Shown one piece after another: positions 60,966 through 64,000 of a stretch of DNA of 64,000 nt; positions within the stretch are counted from its first letter, which is position 1, and each line of letters starts with the position of its first letter. Both the position numbers and the translations under genes were made by a program. The stretch is from Camelus dromedarius (Eukaryota), in assembly GCF_036321535.1 (NCBI RefSeq), contig NC_087437.1:20028001-20092000 (forward strand), in the 5' to 3' direction. The notes below the pieces were generated by a model that was not told the origin of the DNA, ran no database searches, and was given only the letters and a program-made list of their open reading frames with translations.

Positions 60966-63064
60966 GAAAGAATTTTAAAAAATAATGGCGCTTAGCCTGA
61001 CCACAGAGAATGCTTTCTTGGCATGGATCTGCATGTATATTTATATCTCTTTATTCTGTCCAAATCAATGTGAAAAGGCAGCCCAGACTGTGTGGGAAAG
61101 TCTCTGCATCTCATGCATTTTTAACAGATTTATTGAAACAAGTGAGAGATGAGGGAGAGGACCTCTTTGCCCTGAGAACAGGTTATATAAACTCGAAGTG
61201 ATATTGTGATGATGGTGACCACAGAAATGCAGGTTAGAAGTTGCTTCTGGGGCTGCAAATGTGTCATGAAAATGCTGAAAACTTGGGAAACCACAGTTAA
61301 TATCTGTGACACATTAAAGAGGATTGGCATGCATCTTTATTAAGACATTTATTTTGATTACAAGGAGATTAAAGAGATGAAGCTGTCACCAAGACAAGAA
61401 GTTTGATGAGATGGATCAGAAAGAGCTCATTTCTGAGAACCAGTTTGATATCTAAGTGGACAGTGCAGTTCACCCTGGGTGAACTGCTCATGAAGAACCC
61501 TCCTTCCCCAGATGCCTGGCCCATAACTTATTACTGGATCAAAGCTTTTAAGAAACAAAATGTGTACTTTTCCTCCTTACAGTCCTACCCCACAATGAAC
61601 TGTTAGCCATGGAAAGAAGTACCATTTTAATGCATTGTAACAAACACTAGGTATGTCAGAATTCCACCCCCTACACATCATCTTCAGATTCTCCCCTGCT
61701 GCTTGGTACCGTACCTGAAATGCCACCGTCATTGCTTTACTCTTTTGAGACTTGAATAGCCCCTCATTTCTTAAGGCTCCCCAAACAATGCTTTTACCCT
61801 GGGATAGATAAAGCTTTATGTTACTGTCAGAGCATCTCATGGATTAGTAGCTGACCATCAGAAAGGAAAGCTTCTAGATGTGAAGTTGGAGAGGAAAGAC
61901 AAGAGGAGGAAATAGGTCCCAAAAGGCAAGATCTTCACAATATTGCAAGTGTTGTGCCTAAAGCTTCCAGAGACCATGTTTCCATTGGCTGTTGCCATCA
62001 TCTCAGGCTGTGAATGACCTAAATCTTCCATGAGACTGAGGAACAGAGAACCTAGACTCTGTCGAGCATTTCCCATACACGGTATCATTTCATCATCCCA
62101 GCTTTTCTTCATTTTCAGAAGAAAATCGGCTCTGATTAGCTAAGGAATTTGGGAATTTGCATGTTAATAATACATGGCAGATTCTGGGGAGGAGTCAAGA
62201 GCCTGAGAGACAGAATTCTCCAAAAGCTGCCACCCTTTCTGACCATCTGCCAGCTTTATTCAGGCAGAATATGCCATGGTGCTGTCCGTGGTACTGAAGG
62301 CCGTGACCGTATGCCAATTTTGAGGGACCAAAGAAATGAAAGCTTAGATCCTTGTTAGAATCTGCAGCTTCCTTTTGCCTCTGCACCTTCAGGCAAAACT
62401 CTCTCAGTGACCTGTGCAATTTGGTGTGACATTTCTCCAAAGTGCTCTCTACAACCATATTTGCTTTAGACATCAATTTTAAGAGTGAAAGGTTGACTTT
62501 CTGGATGCGAAATATTTTACACATGATATTTTATCCATCATTGCTAAGATTAATACAAAGTGTTTGCCCTGAAGAATAACTACAAATGCAGTCAAACAAG
62601 ATTATCTATTGCATAGAAAAAATAATACCTCATTAAAGTGATTGTGTATGTAGCTCTTGGCAAACAGGTCAGTATCATTAAAGCAATACCACAAGGCACA
62701 TCACAAAGAGGATGAGTTTATCTTGTCTCATCCCTGAATGAGCCAGGGCTCATTCTTACAGGGGAAACTGAGAATCATTAGAATTGAAACCAGGCATTCT
62801 GGTACCCAGTCAAAATCTGATGCTTTACCATGCACTATGGTAACAGATGGTAACAGGGGCAATTTATGAGGTAACTTCATTCGGGAGAGGGGCTGAAAGC
62901 CTCTTTGAATTCACATAGAATCTGTGTGCTGCTGATCTCAAATTTTGGGTATAAGTCTTCTGAGTTCTGATAGCTAGACCTCCCTCATGCCTCACCTTAA
63001 ACTTCACAAGATTGAGTCAGGGAAAACTTTGGACAAGTTTCTTGGTGTACTTGAGGGAATCTGG

Positions 63065-63260
63065 GCTTTGGGGTCAGACAGCTCTCTGTTCATTTATTGG
63101 CTCTACTGATAAACAGCTGCATGGTCTTGGGCAGTCCCTCCACCTTTGTTTCACCTCAGATTTCTAATCTATAAAATGGGCATGTCTATAAAACCTACCC
63201 CCTAGTGTTTTTGTGAGGATTAATTGAAATTAGTACCGTGCACTCAACAAATGTTAGTTT
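63065..63260 (+). mobile_element. MIR SINE
   Basis: gggctttggggtcagacag...cctcagatttctaatctataaaatggg...tttgtgaggattaa...ctcaacaaatgttag. Confidence 0.8.
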
Positions 63261-64000
63261 ACTTACCAATCCATAGAATACTGTAGGATCTGAGAATTCA
63301 GTGTAGCATGTTAATTTCTTAGTGTAGTTTTTTAGATAGATTTAGTCACAGGCTTCTTTGTTTAGTGAAATTGTACTTAGAAACATAAAATGTAAAGTGA
63401 TTAAAATCTAAGCTATGGGGGTGGGAGACCTGGAGTCCCAGCACCTCAGGCCAATTGAACTTCAATCTCAGTACTCTGAGGGAGTCCCAGAAGCCCATGG
63501 GAATCACAGGAGGATTGTTTATCAATTTTTCTGGGCACTCATTGTGGCTAATTTTCACTTACACTGGCCTTGCAACTATTTTAACTTCTTCAGAAAGGAA
63601 TTAGGGGTCTTCTCTAGCCCTTAACTAGAAAGTTTCAGGAGATGGACCCTGTTTCCAACCAAACCAGTGCAAACAGATATTTCCTGGCATCCTGAAAAGT
63701 AAATAAATGGCATCTATGTTTTTATCTTGCCCATAGTTCCCAGTATGGGACTGCACATCAGATATTAGGAACATAGACCATACCTTCATACTCTTAAGCC
63801 AAGTCCTGTTCATTCTTTAAAACTCAGGGCAGACTCATCCTCTACTGAGAAGTTTCACTGAGCTTCCCCAACACAGACTCCTTTTTCAGTGACCTTCTCA
63901 TTGGATTGTAAAACATCTGTGATTTGGGGGGAATCATATATGTTGGCTATTTTCCAATGATTTTCACTCTTCTGTTTCTCACAGATTTGCCTAAACTAGG

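Noticed and set aside
1..64000. CRISPR arrays, operons, rRNA/tRNA genes or other prokaryotic or viral systems
   Set aside because: No regularly spaced repeat-spacer array, gene-dense region or structured RNA gene was recognised; the content is typical mammalian repeat-rich non-coding DNA.

Overview
Mammalian non-coding DNA with no convincing host protein-coding exon, RNA gene or prokaryotic feature. It is probably camelid or another basal cetartiodactyl; this is an inference from the style of the L1 3' ends and from finding no Alu, B1/B2, Bov-tA/CHR, PRE-1, Can-SINE or ERE1 copies by eye. The window is a mosaic of transposable elements (young and old LINE-1, MIR, L2, an ERV1 solo LTR, ERVL/MaLR LTRs, Tigger and hAT-Charlie fossils) separated by repeat-free islands rich in homeodomain, Sox and TCF-type motifs that look like developmental enhancers. 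The most notable feature is a complete, TSD-flanked ~2.94 kb LINE-1 derivative at 200-3141 (minus strand). It has a full 5'UTR, a near-intact ORF1 and a normal 3'UTR with poly(A), but nearly all of ORF2 is missing. The join falls exactly at a CAG in the related L1 copy at 21670-22981, so it is a candidate spliced or 'half-L1' (ORF1-only, non-autonomous) retroelement. Other items are a probable short L1 3' transduction (51557-51995), an orphan internal ORF2 fragment without poly(A) or TSD (13155-14059), nested insertions and a minus-strand L1 bias. Repeat family names come from recalled consensus motifs, not a database search, and the boundaries of old repeats are approximate.
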